A DNA stretch of 55,723 nucleotides, counting the filler, from Platydemus manokwari (Eukaryota), in assembly GCA_037951405.1 (NCBI GenBank). It is 4 parts of 4 records of this genome, joined end to end, with 100 filler letters (N's around TTAATTAATTAA, not from the genome) between each part and the next. Parts side by side here need not be neighbours in the genome. Positions count along the whole stretch, not along the records: positions 1 to 15,390 come from JBBMOY011292539.1; 3 more parts are not named here. The stretch is one strand, 5' to 3'. The position numbers and the translations under genes were made by a program. Shown here in pieces: positions 1 through 15,490 of the stretch (the stretch's first letter is position 1; the number at the start of each line of letters is the position of its first letter). Below the pieces are notes generated by a model. That model did no database searches and was not told where the DNA came from. It was given only the letters and a program-made list of their open reading frames with translations.

Positions 1-70
<70 letters not shown>
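1..70. repeat. (AAT)n microsatellite
   Basis: Perfect ATA/AAT trinucleotide run from the window start. Confidence 0.97.
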
Positions 71-72
<2 letters not shown>

Positions 73-607
73 TATTTACTATTATCACTATGTAAGCTTT
101 CATGTTCTACTTGAAAGACATAAGTAATGTTTCAAAATAATCATAAACGGGGTTTCATTTCTGAAAATCAAACTTTCTGAGTTCCAACAAGATTTGTAGA
201 GATCTTATTATAATGGTGTGAATTTCTATTCACAAATATATTATATAATTACCCTGCGATAGATCAAATCATATACAATCAAGTGTAAACCATTAATGAT
301 AAAACAGTCTTATTTCATTTTCATGGAGGCACAGATTCAAATATCAAAACACAATATTTTCAGCAAATTTCTTAAACGTCTCCAGTTTTACTATTAGTCG
401 TCCAATAAACTTCGTAAATCGCGATACTGTTATTATTTCCAATTTCTCCAAACCACCATCAAGAACATTTATTCTTTCCGTTTTGAAAAATTTATATCAA
501 TTCGACAATTCTTTTCACATTACCATAGTTATTCATTGATTATTTTGGTTTGATATTAGCTTTGTTTGATGTGCTCTACTATGCAACAAATTCAGTTATT
601 CGTTCAC

Positions 608-632
608 CCACACACGCACACGCACACACACA
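608..632. repeat. imperfect (CA)n microsatellite
   Basis: cacacacgcacacgcacacacacac. Confidence 0.8.
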
Positions 633-963
633 CCATGCTATTTGAAAACAAAAATATTGACAATTTTGAGAAAATGTCATATTAGTATCAATTTATCGCA
701 TTCAATTCACCGCATTAATCAAAACAGTGATAGTTTTAATTGGTTGTTCTTTATAGCGTTATTTATTAATGTTATTCAATGGTATTCATACAATGATGTA
801 GACATTGATCATTTTGCCTGCTTTGATTCACACTTATCATTAATGTGATTTCATTAAAGTCCATCAACATTCGTTGAATTCAAAAATATCTTTATTATGA
901 TTGACAAAAATTTTTTACCATTATAATATATGAAGACGTGCATAAATGGAACAAAATGATTAC

Positions 964-3900
964 CATTTCCAAAACTAGCTGACGGTCTCGGAAAAGGTGG
1001 CATGAACATCAGAGAATTGAAGAGTGAATTGAAAAATTTAGACGATTTTGCGAACTGTGACGAGAAAAATGGTAGACTTGAAAGGAATGGTGGATGAAAT
1101 ATGGGATTTTCCATTGGATACGACGAACCATTCGATTGGGTGATATCCGATGTGTGTTTGATGGCAGGATTTTTGTCACACGACAACAGGCCATTCGAAA
1201 CACCGGGAAACATCATTAATTTATCACTGTCATCGGACGGGCAGAAATTATTGAAGAGATTGTTCTGCTTCTCTTCTTTCACTGATTCGAGTTCGTTTTG
1301 GCGAGCGTTTTGGTGGTCTTCGAGCGTCTGAATGTTTGCGGTCACTGTTACGTGATTCATATTCGGATCAATTTGATCGAGATTGCGAATTTGCGAACTG
1401 TTTCTTGGTTGTCTTTCATTTTGGACTGCTAAAACAATTTAAATAAATATTTCAACAACTATTTTCACTCAAATTCTCAACCAATATCACTGACACATTC
1501 ATCTGGTACGCATTTCATTTCGATATCAATAATCCTTTAATCAGATCACATATATCGTTCTAACATTTCTGATAGCCAATGATAAGTGTGAATATATACA
1601 ACGGGTATAATAACACACAACACAGCACTACTATCAATGGTTAATCGAAATATTTTTGATAAACAAAATCACTGAAAGATATTTCAAAGATGACAGGTTT
1701 TGATCATATTCAAATTGACTTGTCCCCTTGTCATTCAAATAACATCTTTATTTAATAAGGGTTAATGATAAAGATGGAAATTAATCTCTTCAATATGTAT
1801 CCAAGAATACAATGTAATCGTTGGAACTTGTTGCGGTTCCATAATTTGATGAAGTAGAAATATGTTTTGTTATGCCAATCATCAATGAGACCTTTGAGAC
1901 CGTTTGATTAAGCAGTTATTGGAAAAGATAAATCTCTATCTATGTTATTGTCAATCGATAATTTTGAGCCACAAAACCAACACCTGTTTGATTTGATGAA
2001 ACATTATATCAATGACCAGAAGTTATGAAATTACAAATTGGATCTTTTTAATCTAAATACCCTTTCAGCAGTTGCAATAAATTCCAGCTGGTATGAACAG
2101 TGCGGAGTAGATAATTACCGGTAAATCAATCTCGGAATATTTATAAAAATAAAAACATTGACAGAAAAATATGAGAAAACTGAGAGAAATGAAAAATGTG
2201 TGGTCATTGTTGTAAAAATATCAATAAAATATAATTTGGTTTGTTTTGAACGATATGTGGGAATCAATTTTATCGCAAATTGATTCGATCGTTATTGATA
2301 ATGTGGATAATATGGTTTGTGACAGGTATGGGTCAATGATGATAATGATATTGATAATGAAGATAGTAAACACTTAAATCAAGTATATTCACCACTACAG
2401 AACATTTGTTGTAGCATTTTTAAATAAATAATTTGAGGTGTCTTGATTTGGGATGTACTGGTTTGGGGTGTATTGATTTTTAGGGGAAGTCAAATATAGA
2501 ATTTTAACTTAACGATGTATGATGCAATCAATTGATAACAAGCAGCAATAAATCAATGAATTAGTAAATATTCTCAAATATTTGAAGATATTCAGTAGTT
2601 ATAATGGATGTAGATGTAAAGAATGTATATCTCGCACATGAACTTTTTCCTTTTATCATTAGACAGCTTCATTGAGGGCTTTTTAACAAAAGTTTTCTGG
2701 CTCCAAATATCGATTTCTCTCAAAAGTAAAATGTGAAGTGATAATCGAATGATGACCGTTGCTATAGCAATCCGAAACAATATTCAAAATAATCAAACAA
2801 TCGAAACGACTAGCTTGCTATGGTCTAAAATATGTTTCAGACATTTCGACTATTCCCAATGCCCAGAATGACTAAAGAGCTTCAAATGAGTTTCGTTGCT
2901 TTCTATTGTATTTCTATTGGTCTGTGAAGATCTTTACTGAATGATGTATATAGATATGCAGATCTGTGTATGCATTCTGACTGACCAATAAAATAGATGA
3001 TTTTTTCGGTACTTGATTAGCTCATAAAATGTTTTGTTATCGTGTGCGCATGCATGTGAATGATATCACGAATATCGTTGTTGAAAATCGTTGTTATTGT
3101 TTGGCTTCATTTTGCTCGATGTTTTCAAAATAATCCAGCACATTTGGTGGTCTGACTAAAACGCTTCAATCAAACTTCTATTTAACTAATAAGTATAAAC
3201 TCCGAAATCTTTTAAAAAGAGATTCTTGATCTGTAATGTTGCTTGACTTTATTCCCAAGAATATTTCCTCACAAAGACTGGTGATTTTGAATAAGCGTGA
3301 ATTGCCTTGTTCTTATTAAAATCCTTTAAGAAAATGTTGCTAGCTGGGCTTAGCACAGTAAATATTTCAATCCTAGATAGATGGCATATTTTAATATCAA
3401 GGGCTTTTAACCAGATATTTGAATTTATTGACAGGGATTAACCGGGATCAATAAGTGCCATCAAGCAGAGAAACGAAATCCTGACGACAAACAAAGTGCC
3501 AATGAACAAACTATACAGTCGATGGATTCTAAACTCGATCTATCTGTTTGGTTATTGTTCTTTTGTTGTTCTTCTTTCCGATGTATTATGTTATTCGATT
3601 ATCTCTGAGAGATTTTAATGGTTTGATTTACATGTTATTGTCGGAATATAAAAGTTTATTTTCATTCATATACAACACAGTAAAAGGTAACCATAGGAAT
3701 TATTAACAATCCAACCTGTGCTGTAATGGGAATATTGTCTCGATTATTTTGACGATCTGTTAAAGTAGGAATGATGGATTCGAAAAAGACCCAATAAATG
3801 TATGCGGACAGCTGATGTCGGGTGCAAAATCTGCCACCCGCATGTCGGTCGTTGACATCGATTAAATTATTAATGGCCAAACCAACAAACATCGACCAAA

Positions 3901-6659
3901 AAAAATATATCACCAATAATCATAATATAAATATAAATTTATTTTAACTCAACAAAAATGATTAATCTCCCATTGAAAGTTTGGAAAAATTGTTTGGAAA
4001 TCTTATTTAAAATTGGGTTTTAATTAAATCTAAATAGCGAAAGAAAAAAAAAACGAAACCCAAACAGCAAAATCGTTAACATTCTTCATCAAGTCCCAGC
4101 AGACCTGAAAAAAAAGCAGCTCAAAAAATTATGAAAAAAAAGTCCTATTCTCTCTCTCGCATTTGTTTTCATTTACCAGCGTTTCCACACAAAACAAAAA
4201 TATTTTACACATTATGAACGAGATATTTGAGGCTCGAAAAAATATCTCCATATTTTTCTCAACCATAAGCCGATTATTTGCAAGAAGGCCATCTAGCACG
4301 AATCTGTCAAAAGGCCAAGTAGCAGCAACAGAACCTGATTTGTAAAGAGCTCTTTTGTTTCACGAATAACTAACTCTAGCTGACTTAATTAAAATCGAAA
4401 AATGAAGTAAAACAATTCTTTGAAGAGAGCGGGTTAATCAATAATGAGATTACACGTAATATTTTAGTTACACATTTTCTGGTCATTGAAAATAATACCA
4501 TAATCATTTTTATTTATTTTCAATAAACAATAATAAATTCCATTTATCAGTAGTATAAAATTCGATGAAATAATTCATATAAATCTCCAATGATTTCAGT
4601 GGAATTTTTGGTTGAAAATGTGCAATGAGATTCGATTTCCAATCGTTTACAAACTGGTTTCACAGCAAAAAATAATTATACCAAAATTTACGTTTTTGTT
4701 TTAATTCGTTGCTCGATTTTCATTGGTGTACATCATAAATGTTTCTTCATCTTTTAATGAATATATCAAATCATAAGAAAATTAAAGATAATTTTGTCGT
4801 GAAATAAAGGAAAATAATTTTATTTGTTTATAATTTTATTTGACCCCCCTCATCCATTTATCAATACGACCTATCAACAAAACGCATTTCCTATCAGGAA
4901 GGAAAAAAAACAAACAAACCACAACAATTCCCAACTCCGAACGAAATCACACATTTGAGTTTCTTAAGCTACTGTTTTTTAAAACAGTATCGGCAATATA
5001 TTAAATAGCAATGAGCAAAGCAGAAATCCCTAAAGTAATTGAGTAACGAATTAGATGATAATTGTAGAGACGATGTAACAAATCATGACATCTTTACACT
5101 GGCTGATAAACCACATTGAATCTGAGACGAATCAGGAGCATGGGGAATAAGAGTTAGTTAATTTAATTTCAAGATTAGTAACAACCTAATAATTGAAATG
5201 CTACTACTTCTACTTCACATAGCGGAGCAACGTAATTATTTAACCATTTCACCGTTGCTAATCCGTATTCATCGAAACACGTCAAAGTTGAAAAGCAACA
5301 AGTACTAAGTCGCTATGAATAAAATGTTATTATTTACATCAGCAAGGTATTCCTAGAATAGATCTACTCTCAAATATTTTCTCTCCAACAATATTCTTCT
5401 TTTTCCATCCCAGCATCGCTTTCTTTCGCATGCATTGTCAGTGCTCAATGAGCTGCAGTCTAACCCAGTCGGGCTAAAAGTGAGCTGCTGAAGCAACCAT
5501 CTTATCGTGTTATTTGCCATGCTAATTAATATGGTAATATTAAAATACCATGCAAATCACTCCCTAAGCACCATATAACCATTTCAAGCGTGATATGAGC
5601 AGAAAATATATATAATTAAACATTTACATTGATTTAGATTGGATTACTACTTAAACACTTGTCAGTAACTCACCATCTTTATTCATCCCCATTAAAAGAC
5701 ATTTCTTCAATCGACATGCTTGACATTGGTTTCGGTGAGCCTTGTCAATTGTACATCTTCCCGTACCTGCTTGACATCTGGAAATAAAGCCTTTGGTGAA
5801 TAGATCATTTCAAATATGAATATCAACACATTTGTGTAGTGATTGACTTCAATAAAAGCTAGTAAAGCGTTATTGGATTGGGGTATTTAAATCTATCATT
5901 GGTTCTATGGTATTTGTTGAATGAGAAGCTAATTGATGGAATCATCAAAAACTTTTGATATCAACCGGAAAAATGAACCCCCGGAAGAAGTTTGGACATT
6001 ATACATTGCGAATTTTACGGTTAGATAAATCTGTTGTTAATATTTTTTTTATTTTACTAATCGATGATAAAAAATTTCCCCTCACTCAAAAATCGATAGG
6101 ATGATAAGATTAAATATAATGCCTATGATCACACAATTATATAGCTGGCTTATATTGTGATGGATGATATTTTCGTCCCTCAACAATCTCCTTTCCAATG
6201 AATTTGCCTTTTATATTTCGTGTTTATATTTCAAAGAACAATAACCAACCGATAAATAAGTTTCCTGCGAACACTCCTTTTAAAAAATCCACTGCACCCA
6301 TTACAAGCCAAAATGCCATAATGTTTGCCACTGCTCACATCGCCACACACCACACAGCATAAACCGTGCAACATCGACGATTTCATGGATTGATGTTGCA
6401 TATTAACGGAATTGGAACTGCTTAACTGGAGATGCATATGCGATCCGGTTTTGACTGGATCATCGTTGAGTAATGATGGCCATCGAGGCGACCGATTGAT
6501 TGAATCGAACAGGAACGATGTTCCCAGTCGGCTCATTGAGAAAGCTGTCAAAAAGTCATTTCTCTTCGATTCACAGGTCACAGCAGAATCATTGCTACTG
6601 GTAACGAGATCAATCGGGCTAATTGAATCAGTGTATTGAGCGTCGCTGTTGCTGAGCAT
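964..6659 (-). CDS. NR2E3: Photoreceptor-specific nuclear receptor NR2E3/PNR (unfulfilled/Hr51/fax-1 orthologue), partial, multi-exon
   Basis: Exon 6661-6250 encodes [36 protein letters not shown] (NGCSG P-box typical of NR2E3). Exon 5777-5674 encodes [34 protein letters not shown]. Exon 1428-~964 begins [10 protein letters not shown] (T-box) and continues in frame into ORF 854..1360. GT/AG boundaries are phase-compatible. The donor at 963 is tentative and no LBD exons were recognised. Confidence 0.92.
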
Positions 6660-8459
6660 TTCTAAAGATAATCAAGTAACATCAATTGCATTAAAAAATC
6701 TCGGGTTGCCATAACATTATCTGCGGGTCGATGATGTTAGTTGTTTTCAATTTGTTCTTGCAGCATTCGATTAGAAATGTGTTATTTACGAGTTTGTTTA
6801 CGGTAACACTCAATAGAAAATAAAACAAATAACTATTGTCAATTAAAATAACAATAATTTCAATGTCAACATCGAAACAGCAAATTCAAACAAATCTCTG
6901 GCAACAGTAACTCAATCTGTTGGTAAATGGTGAGGTGTGAGAATGATGAGTGATATTTGCAGCTTGGTCGAGCTTGTTGCTCAGTGATTGAAGAATGTAA
7001 GTATTTGTTGGCAAAACAATTATAAAGCAAATGACATAGTTGATGTACCAGATGTGCTACTACTCGACCAATGCTCATTGATCGTTTGGCGAGCAACTAC
7101 TAAAAACACCGTTAAATACACACATACATACGCGCACTAGTGTGCATTGTCAATACGAGTTGAACGATTAGCAAAATGTTTTCCTCTCATTGGCGTTTAT
7201 GTCAACACGATATGTGATGATGATGGCTTGTTAAGATGTTTCAAGTTATGCTTGTGTTATCTCTGTCATCAATCAAGATTGTTTGAGAATCCTGCTATGG
7301 TCATCAGCATGATGATACCGGACTTCTTTAAGGTATTCCTCAAACGATCAATGAGTCTCTTCACACCTTGTCAGATTGGTAAATTTTCGATAGAGAAGAA
7401 ATAGATAATAATATAATTTTATTATCTTGGTATGAAAATGGATCAATATGCTAATATCGATCGATGCTAAAGGATAACTCTAAACACCTAATAAGAATTT
7501 CTTAAACAATAATCTTTTAAAAGGAAATCATTATGGGAATCAAAATTGTTTTCCTTCTTTATCGATCAAATAAATGAAAGACATTTCTCATCTCTAGAAC
7601 AAGTGGGTATGGAGAAATTATTATCAACTATGGACGAGATGTTTCACCATAACATTTATACTTTCAATCCTTTTTCAAACCCCATATTGATATCCACTGA
7701 AATATTTCTTTGCCAGTCTCTATAATGTGACACAACGCTCGTTATTTTTGGTTGCCATTACTTTTATTAGCATATCGATAATTGAATTATTTTTCCTTGA
7801 TTTCGGAACATTTTGAAAATCAAGATGTTTTCATTCTCTTCCCAGCACAATTCTCATCAATCATAAATGATATATATATAAATGTAAAACCTTTTTTCTT
7901 GTTTTAATCAATAGAAATCGAATCTCAACGATTCTTTTCGGAGAGGGGCAAAGAAAAATTGAGATAAAAGGGAAAACATGTTGGAAAAAAAATTATCTAA
8001 ATAAATAAATGACAATATGAAAATATTCAGACTAATCATTTGAGTAGAAATCCTGAAAAATGCATTTATTCGAACAAATCAATATATTATCTAAAGGTGG
8101 GGTGATTAATAACTTTTGTTTATATTGTTCATTTATTCAATTATATCGCTAGCTAATTCGGATGGGATTTTAGCTGGAAATCTCCACGGAGAAGAAGTCT
8201 TATCAGGTGAAGGTGATTTCCCAACATTTGATGAGTGTGACGATGAAAGAATTATCATTCAATGCAGAAATGAGCTCTAGTAATTAAGAAATAAAGTTGC
8301 GGCCCGTGATAATCTCCAGGAATTAATTGACTCTAGCCAGATCATCTCCACTTTGGTGTGAGCAGAGCCGATTTTCGGGTGAGGTTAAATAATTAGGGTC
8401 GAGATCATCAAGTGTGAGTATGTTCGTGTGCATCTATAAAGCTGCATCACTAATGTCAT

Positions 8460-8461
8460 AT

Positions 8462-8494
<33 letters not shown>

Positions 8495-8500
8495 GGTTGT
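8460..8500. repeat. (TTG)n microsatellite, imperfect
   Basis: ttgttgttgttgtcgttgttgttgttgttgttgtggttgt. Confidence 0.85.
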
Positions 8501-11500
8501 CAATTTAACGAACATTTCTAAGGTTTATGATATTATTTATCGATGGATTAGCGATATTTCTCCATCATTCGACGATTTCTTTCGTTTTATTTCAAAATCA
8601 TGAGAATAATCAATAGAAATTTACCCATCTAAATACTTTTTTATCATTTAATATTCTTATTCTTCTTATTATTATGATTCCGGAAATAATTTAATCAATA
8701 ATTGTTATCGATTGTTAATTTTGTTCTCATAGCGATGATAACCATTCAGAATCTTCGAATATTATTCCACATATTTCTCTACAAGCAATTAACGATAATT
8801 GATTATTGATCGCGTTGCTATTGGAAACCAACCAATTGAATAAAACCAATATTAAAATAGATAATAAATCATAATGGTATAATTTTCAATTATTTTTATA
8901 CATTAATAAGTGGTTTGACAATAAATAAATAAATAAAATAAAATAAAATAAAACAATTCTTACCATTACTGACGACGACGTCTTTGGTTTCGATTTCAAT
9001 ATTGGTACTTTGAGATTCCATCTTTTCAAATTCGATAGAGCAATTACTTTGAGAATAATCAATTTTATTTCGATTTCAATGCATGCTAATACATCTCATT
9101 TTCACCAACCAATCATATCAATCCATTGATATAGTTCGATATTTGATTGGATGAATTGTTGAGACATGATGTAGATAATGTATTTTCCGCTACGAATTAC
9201 ATGTAATTTCTCTTCCTTTATTGCTTGGATATTCTCAGAGATTTCATTTAATTATTTGATATGATATCTTCAAGTTATTTATTGATAAATTATTTATGTT
9301 GATATTTTCCATTGAAATGGTTCTGGGGTTTGATTTGGAAATAATATTTGTTTAAAGATATAAGATTAGATATTGATTTTTAGCGCGATTGTCAATTCTG
9401 AAATTAATAGTACACACATATCAATTACGTTAAAACAAGTTTTAAAGCTTGGAGAATGGTTTGGAATTTGAGATTTGAATTTATTACAGCACAAAGTTGT
9501 GTTGTGGGGTATTTTTATATTTAAGTAGATTGATATGTGATAATGTTATTGGTGTTGAGTTAGACAAGGATCGAATTAAAATCGATAATAATGTTATTGG
9601 GTGGACATGATATGATCGGTGTCATCTATTTGAACACACACACACACACAAATGAAGAATGTTTAGAAATGGAAACGAAATGTTATCGAGGATAAAATGA
9701 GTGATAATTTTAAAATCAATTACGTTTTGTCAGCTAATGTGGCAGATATCGATTAATTTTTTTATTCTATTATTATCATGGAATATCATTTGATTCATAT
9801 CAAAACCGACAATAGTGACAAATTGAGATACCTATTGTCTGATAAGCAATACAGCATTCTCTCAACCAAGATTGAAGGTCGAGCCAAAGGCGAGGGTGTC
9901 ATCGTCTATCAGAAACAGTTATCGAGTCAGTTGACAGACATGGCTAAATGTCCTCCAGGAAAACCAAACAAAGTCATTTGATTCAACATTTTAATAACGA
10001 GAAATACCAAATCAAAATGTTGGATCTTATTGATTGTGACTGGGTTTTGCAATTGATTTCTGTTCACGATTTTGTCGTTGATCTAACAATGGCAGCAATA
10101 ATTCATTGGTTTTGAAGTTTTAACGGTATCGGGTGTTTATTTGAGTATGAAAAAGAGTTTTGTTCTTGTTTCTAGCTGCCTAAATTTCCTTTTTCTCTAC
10201 CTTGAAACATGTCGATATTCACTCCCGTACATTTCTAATTTTCAAAGATAAATAAAATGATAATTTTTTATCAGAATCATTTTAATGATTGCAAGAAAAA
10301 TCGTTGAAAATAATAAAACACCACTTAAAATTATCAAGTTTTGTTTAGGAAACCCATTTGAAAGAAAAAATTTAACTTGTTATATTGATTGATTTTTATT
10401 CACAATGAATTACTAAGGAAGACATGAAATTATATTGAAATAAACAAGATTAACATATTTCGCAGCACTTTAAATCATATTTACGAGTATCTTTGAAATA
10501 TGTTGTATTAGGTCTCTACAAAATGCACAATTTGATAATTGTTTTATTGGTGAATTCAAATCCATGGTGATTTCACTCACATTATTTATCACTTGCTATT
10601 CGGCTTTGAGAGCCTAAAGTGATTTAATTTTATTTCCATATCAAAATATCTCTAACAACAGATAATACAGTTAAAGAGAAGTGTTTCTCGACTTCTTAAT
10701 TGGTATTTGATTAAAATTCATTTTTACGCTACAATAGCGTTGCTAATAAATATACATTAATACCAATACAATTTCCACCAATACAATGTTTTGCTTTTCA
10801 CTTAATTGGCTTTGACTGAATTTGTTAATCTTCTAAAGTAAAAGATAGAAAATAAATAATAATTTTATCAACAAAAGGAAAATCATTACTAATGAATGAG
10901 TTATGGATAATTATTTAAAATAATAGTATACATTTTGACCATAAATGCCTAACAGATATTCTGTTCCATTGTATAGAAGTGAGGATGTGCATTTTTGGAC
11001 AAACAGAAGTTAAAAGTCAGTATATCAATATAAAGAATAAGCAAAGTAATAAAATAAGAGGATATCTGCAGACCCATTTGCACATTTCATAATTCTGTAT
11101 CAGATATAACAAGAAATTACTGAAATATCACATGAAAGGATTACCTATGACTAAGATTATCTATAAACAGCTACTCGAGTATTAAAGAGTTTGAAGTAAA
11201 CTACATACATAAAACATAATGAAGGAACATAGATCTGGAATCAAGGATAAATCAATGTAAATTTATCGTAAAAAAATGGTAAAAAAATTCAACAACAAAA
11301 CAAGGTAGATAGTAACTACCAGCACAGATTTGTAGATGTCAATATTACAAAATCTCTTTAAAGGATCTATGATAAAAGACCGAATATCATCAGAAAGGAA
11401 AAAGTACAAAAGGCTGATAATTAACAAGTGAATGATGAATGATCCCAAAATAATTATGATTACAAGGTTAAATTAATGGATAAAGACAATCCTATGGTCA

Positions 11501-13306
11501 TCCAATGCAAGAAAAATTAGCTTTAGCAATTGGATCCATGCAGCACGGCTTAATGGCTTAACTATTTTACAAGTCTCATTGTTTTTGTCACAATCGTTAT
11601 TTTCAATGAATTATTTCACAGCTCACAAAAATAATTCGATTATTTTCAATCATTTCCCTCACTTCTATCTTATTCGATCAAAGCTTTTTTAAGTCACTCA
11701 TTTCTACACCGTTTAAATTTATCTCTAAGAAAAATTATGAAAACTCTCTCGACAATAATTCAAGCCAAAATATAGGTGTTAGTAGCGGCTACTTGACTTG
11801 CAATTGATGTTTTAACTAAAGAAGTTATTATTACGATTTTCTTAAATTTTATTTAATTACAACACAATACAATTTTTTAAACAAATTGGAATTCCACTCC
11901 TAGAGTTTCAATATCAATCTTAATCAGGTATAAATCTATATTTAAATAATTTTCTAATTATCTTATTTTATACAATAAATTTTAAAATATTATTCGTTAT
12001 TTTTAAACTTTATTATCGTATTTATTATTTAAAATAATTTTCTTTAAAGCCATTAATTAAAATTATTTAAATTATTTTAAAATTTTAAAATTATTATCAG
12101 TTAATTTAAATTAATGCTCACAACAGGCATGATAACATATTCGTTAGTACATTTATTACAGCTCTATGAATTTCTAATTTACATGAAGCCGTTGACTTCC
12201 ATCATTGAAAAACCATTCAATGGTTACAACAAGCTAAGCTCCAGTGTCAAGACCTTTCAAAACGTAGATTTCTGATCATCAGCACGATATTATCTATCCT
12301 ATTTATAAGATCTCTGTCGTTCTCGTTGAGAGTCTTACAAACAGAAACATTATTTTTGAAATTATTTATTTATCCTAGATTTCTTCAAGATTGACACTAC
12401 AATATCATTGTCAATGAAATCATTAGCAGGCAAAACACGGAATATTGGATCAAGATCGTGATATAGTTATGTTGTAGCTTGATAATTTGGTATTAAATAG
12501 GTCTAACATTTCCATAAAATTTCGGTCACATTGATAAAGCTTTGATATTAATCCCTTTCATTAAATTTGAGCAACCAGCAATAAGCGATTTGTGCTTGTA
12601 ATTCCAAAGGATTTTTATCGTTTTTGAATTATAAAATCTCAAGCATTTATTTCATCAAATATTTGAGATGGTGTTTCATGCTATCACAAACCAGTTTTAA
12701 CATCAAGTTTGAATGGGCTCTAACAATTATTTCTTCAATCGAGAACCATTTTTCCAAGTAATACAACCAACACTTTGATTGGAATAAATTTGTAAGGAAC
12801 ACATTCGATTTGTTCTAAAGCAATACAGCATGTCCACCGTTTCGAGCTGTAGCCATGTGGATTTTTTCTTTATCAGAAAAAGAATGAAATTAATTAAAAA
12901 CAAATTTTTTAATTCAATTCATAAATTGGTATTATTAAAAATCATCGTTTCTACCATGTTAATTTCATTCGATAATTTCTATTGATCTCGATAGATATCA
13001 ACAGCTGGTTGATCTCATCGATATATGAATGAAATGAAGCGTATCGTGTATAATTGAAAGATAATTTTTTGCTAACGCAAATTTTGTTCAGAACTTTTAG
13101 AAATTATAACATAATCTATTGAATAGAGTCAGAACGAATCGTTAGTCTTTTCTAGTTTAAATTCTTGAATAGAAGCAGTTTTATCATTTTCTTATTTAAC
13201 GCAAATAATTCATTGATGGGAATGGATGTATAATATTGTGACCCTATTCGATCAATGAATGCCTCACATTTATGTCCTGGATAATATTGTAATCGACATT
13301 ATAGAT

Positions 13307-13960
13307 CGGTGGTTTCAACCTTTTTGCTGAAGAGAAACTCCAATGAAACATTCCTCTGGTTAAATGAACCCCTGAGCATAATTTATATTTTTTACGCAGA
13401 AAAAAGCATTTATGTTCAGAGTATTGTACACGTTTGTTGATGAAATGAAAACAAAATTGTCCTTGTTTGAATAGACTAAATTTATTCTTATCTAAAACTG
13501 AGTGGGATAGTTGAGTCTGGTGTTTCTTGCACAACTATGTCAGATTCGGTCATGTTTTTGACAAACACACAAAGTACATCTTCCACAGATAGCAATTGTG
13601 CTCGTTTCTAGTGTTTGATGGTTGTAGGGAGTTTAAAATCCAAATCCACACAAATATGAGGTTTAAACTTGCACAAGAAGTCGTAGCGTTATCTAGACAA
13701 TTGCAGGATATTCCTCTTCAATCAGCAACCAAAATATATAATAGCAAACCTAATAGTGGTAGGACAAAGTGATTTTTCAAATGCAGCGAGTTTATTTATG
13801 TTAAGTTTAGTACATTTAAACAATAAAGAATAATAAAATGATAAATTAAATAATAAAAATAATAATAATAAAATAGATTTTCGAAATTGAATTTAACATG
13901 CTGTTCGTTGTTCTAATTTAGAAATTTAGAAATTGGGGAACCCCTGGTTGAAAACCACTT
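13307..13960. mobile_element. Degenerate non-autonomous hAT (Charlie-like) DNA transposon
   Basis: Left end CGGTGGTTTCAACCTTTTT and right end CCCCTGGTTGAAAACCACT form terminal inverted repeats resembling hAT-Charlie ends (CAGTGGTT..CAACC). No clean 8-bp TSD. Confidence 0.55.
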
Positions 13961-15390
13961 GGATGACAATGCAATCCACATATGTCTTAATCTGTTGTGT
14001 ATAAAGCATTTTTGGTGACTAAGTTATCTTCCTTATCATTTCAATACTCAAGCTTCTGATTTAAGCAATTAATTTTGAAAAAATCCTCCATATTTGCATT
14101 CAAGATCAATATGAGTTGGTTAGAGAATGATACAACATCAGAAAGGTCATGGATTTCTTCATTTGTGATGTTAATTTTAGAGATTAGGACTAAAATAGGC
14201 CATAATGTTGTTATTCGAGGAAATTGATAAATACGACTCGATTACAATTACAATTTGTACCTTTCGAGATGTTGCACAGAACTTTAGGTCAAATAAAAAT
14301 TGCTACAACAAGATCAAATCAAAGATAAAAAAAAATTTAAGAAATCAAAATACATTACCGAGTAGGATAATTAAGAAGTAAATTTAATCTGAAAAATTTA
14401 TTAATAAAAAAAACAAATTAAATATCTTCTACAAAAGTAGATTTTAAATTTGGTTAAAAATCTTAAAAAAATTTAATATAAATTAAAATAGTTGATAGTT
14501 CAATGTGGTGTCCCACGCAGAACTAAAAATATTTTCGACATAAGTGAAATAAATCGAACAGATTGATTTGTGTTGTGACAAAAATATACAGTAGAAAATA
14601 AATTATATAATTCTTATAATAATTAATTTATTTAATTGTGTGGTATTAATTAATTTAATAAACATCATTAGCAAATGATTAATTTGAAAAAAATGATCAC
14701 AATTGATTGCAAAGATAGAAATCGCTGGGCTTAAGTATCAAAATGATCTAATTGTTGTTTTTAATTAGGCTTATTCTTTTCGTTATTAAATTTTAGATTG
14801 TCGCATTATTGACGACAAAATCTTCAATGAAGGAAATTAAAACCGAATAAAGTGATGTTTAAAACATTCTACCAATTTATTGTCAAATTAAGCAAAAGAC
14901 AATAAATAAAAATGAGGAAAAGTAAATTATCGTCCATGAAAATTAAAAGAACGCAAAATAATAAAAGATAATTACAGGTTTTAAAACAAGTTTTTAAGCT
15001 GATAGATTAGACATATATCTCAAACCATAGCTTAAGATACTCGAACTTTTTGAAAATATATGATCACGGTAATGGATATCCTGACTAGGAAGTCAAAATT
15101 CAATCACAAGTATTTATTCTACCCTGTAAATTGAAAATAAAGGTGAGTAAAGAAACCATAGATTCTGATCTAAAAATGAAAGATGAAATGGTAAATTTTT
15201 AATACTCTCTGATTCTGATAACTGGAAGTAGCACAAGATCGATCTCTCATAAAGGTTAATTGTTGTTGTCAGATATGATTTCATAAAATCTACTCTTAAA
15301 ACTCTTATCATTACACTTTGTTTATGAAATTTCTTTTTCCATTTACTGCATATGACTCTGGAATTTTATATTGGATTTCATATTCAAATA

Positions 15391-15490
15391 NNNNNNNNNN
15401 NNNNNNNNNNNNNNNNNNNNNNNNNNNNNNNNNNTTAATTAATTAANNNNNNNNNNNNNNNNNNNNNNNNNNNNNNNNNNNNNNNNNNNN
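15391..15490. other. Artificial assembly spacer (44N-TTAATTAATTAA-44N)
   Basis: The same 100-nt structure occurs three times, and the 12-mer gives stops in all six frames. Confidence 0.97.

Noticed and set aside
6866-11448. Short ORFs upstream of NR2E3
   Set aside because: Short, several with non-ATG starts, and no domains or splice-consistent structure; consistent with chance ORFs in non-coding DNA.
12450-12860. Possible minus-strand hAT transposase relic (KLDVKT..)
   Set aside because: Only one weak partial motif among many stops; insufficient support.
15435-15446. TTAATTAATTAA palindrome as a biological motif
   Set aside because: It is centred in identical N-blocks three times, so it is a synthetic linker.
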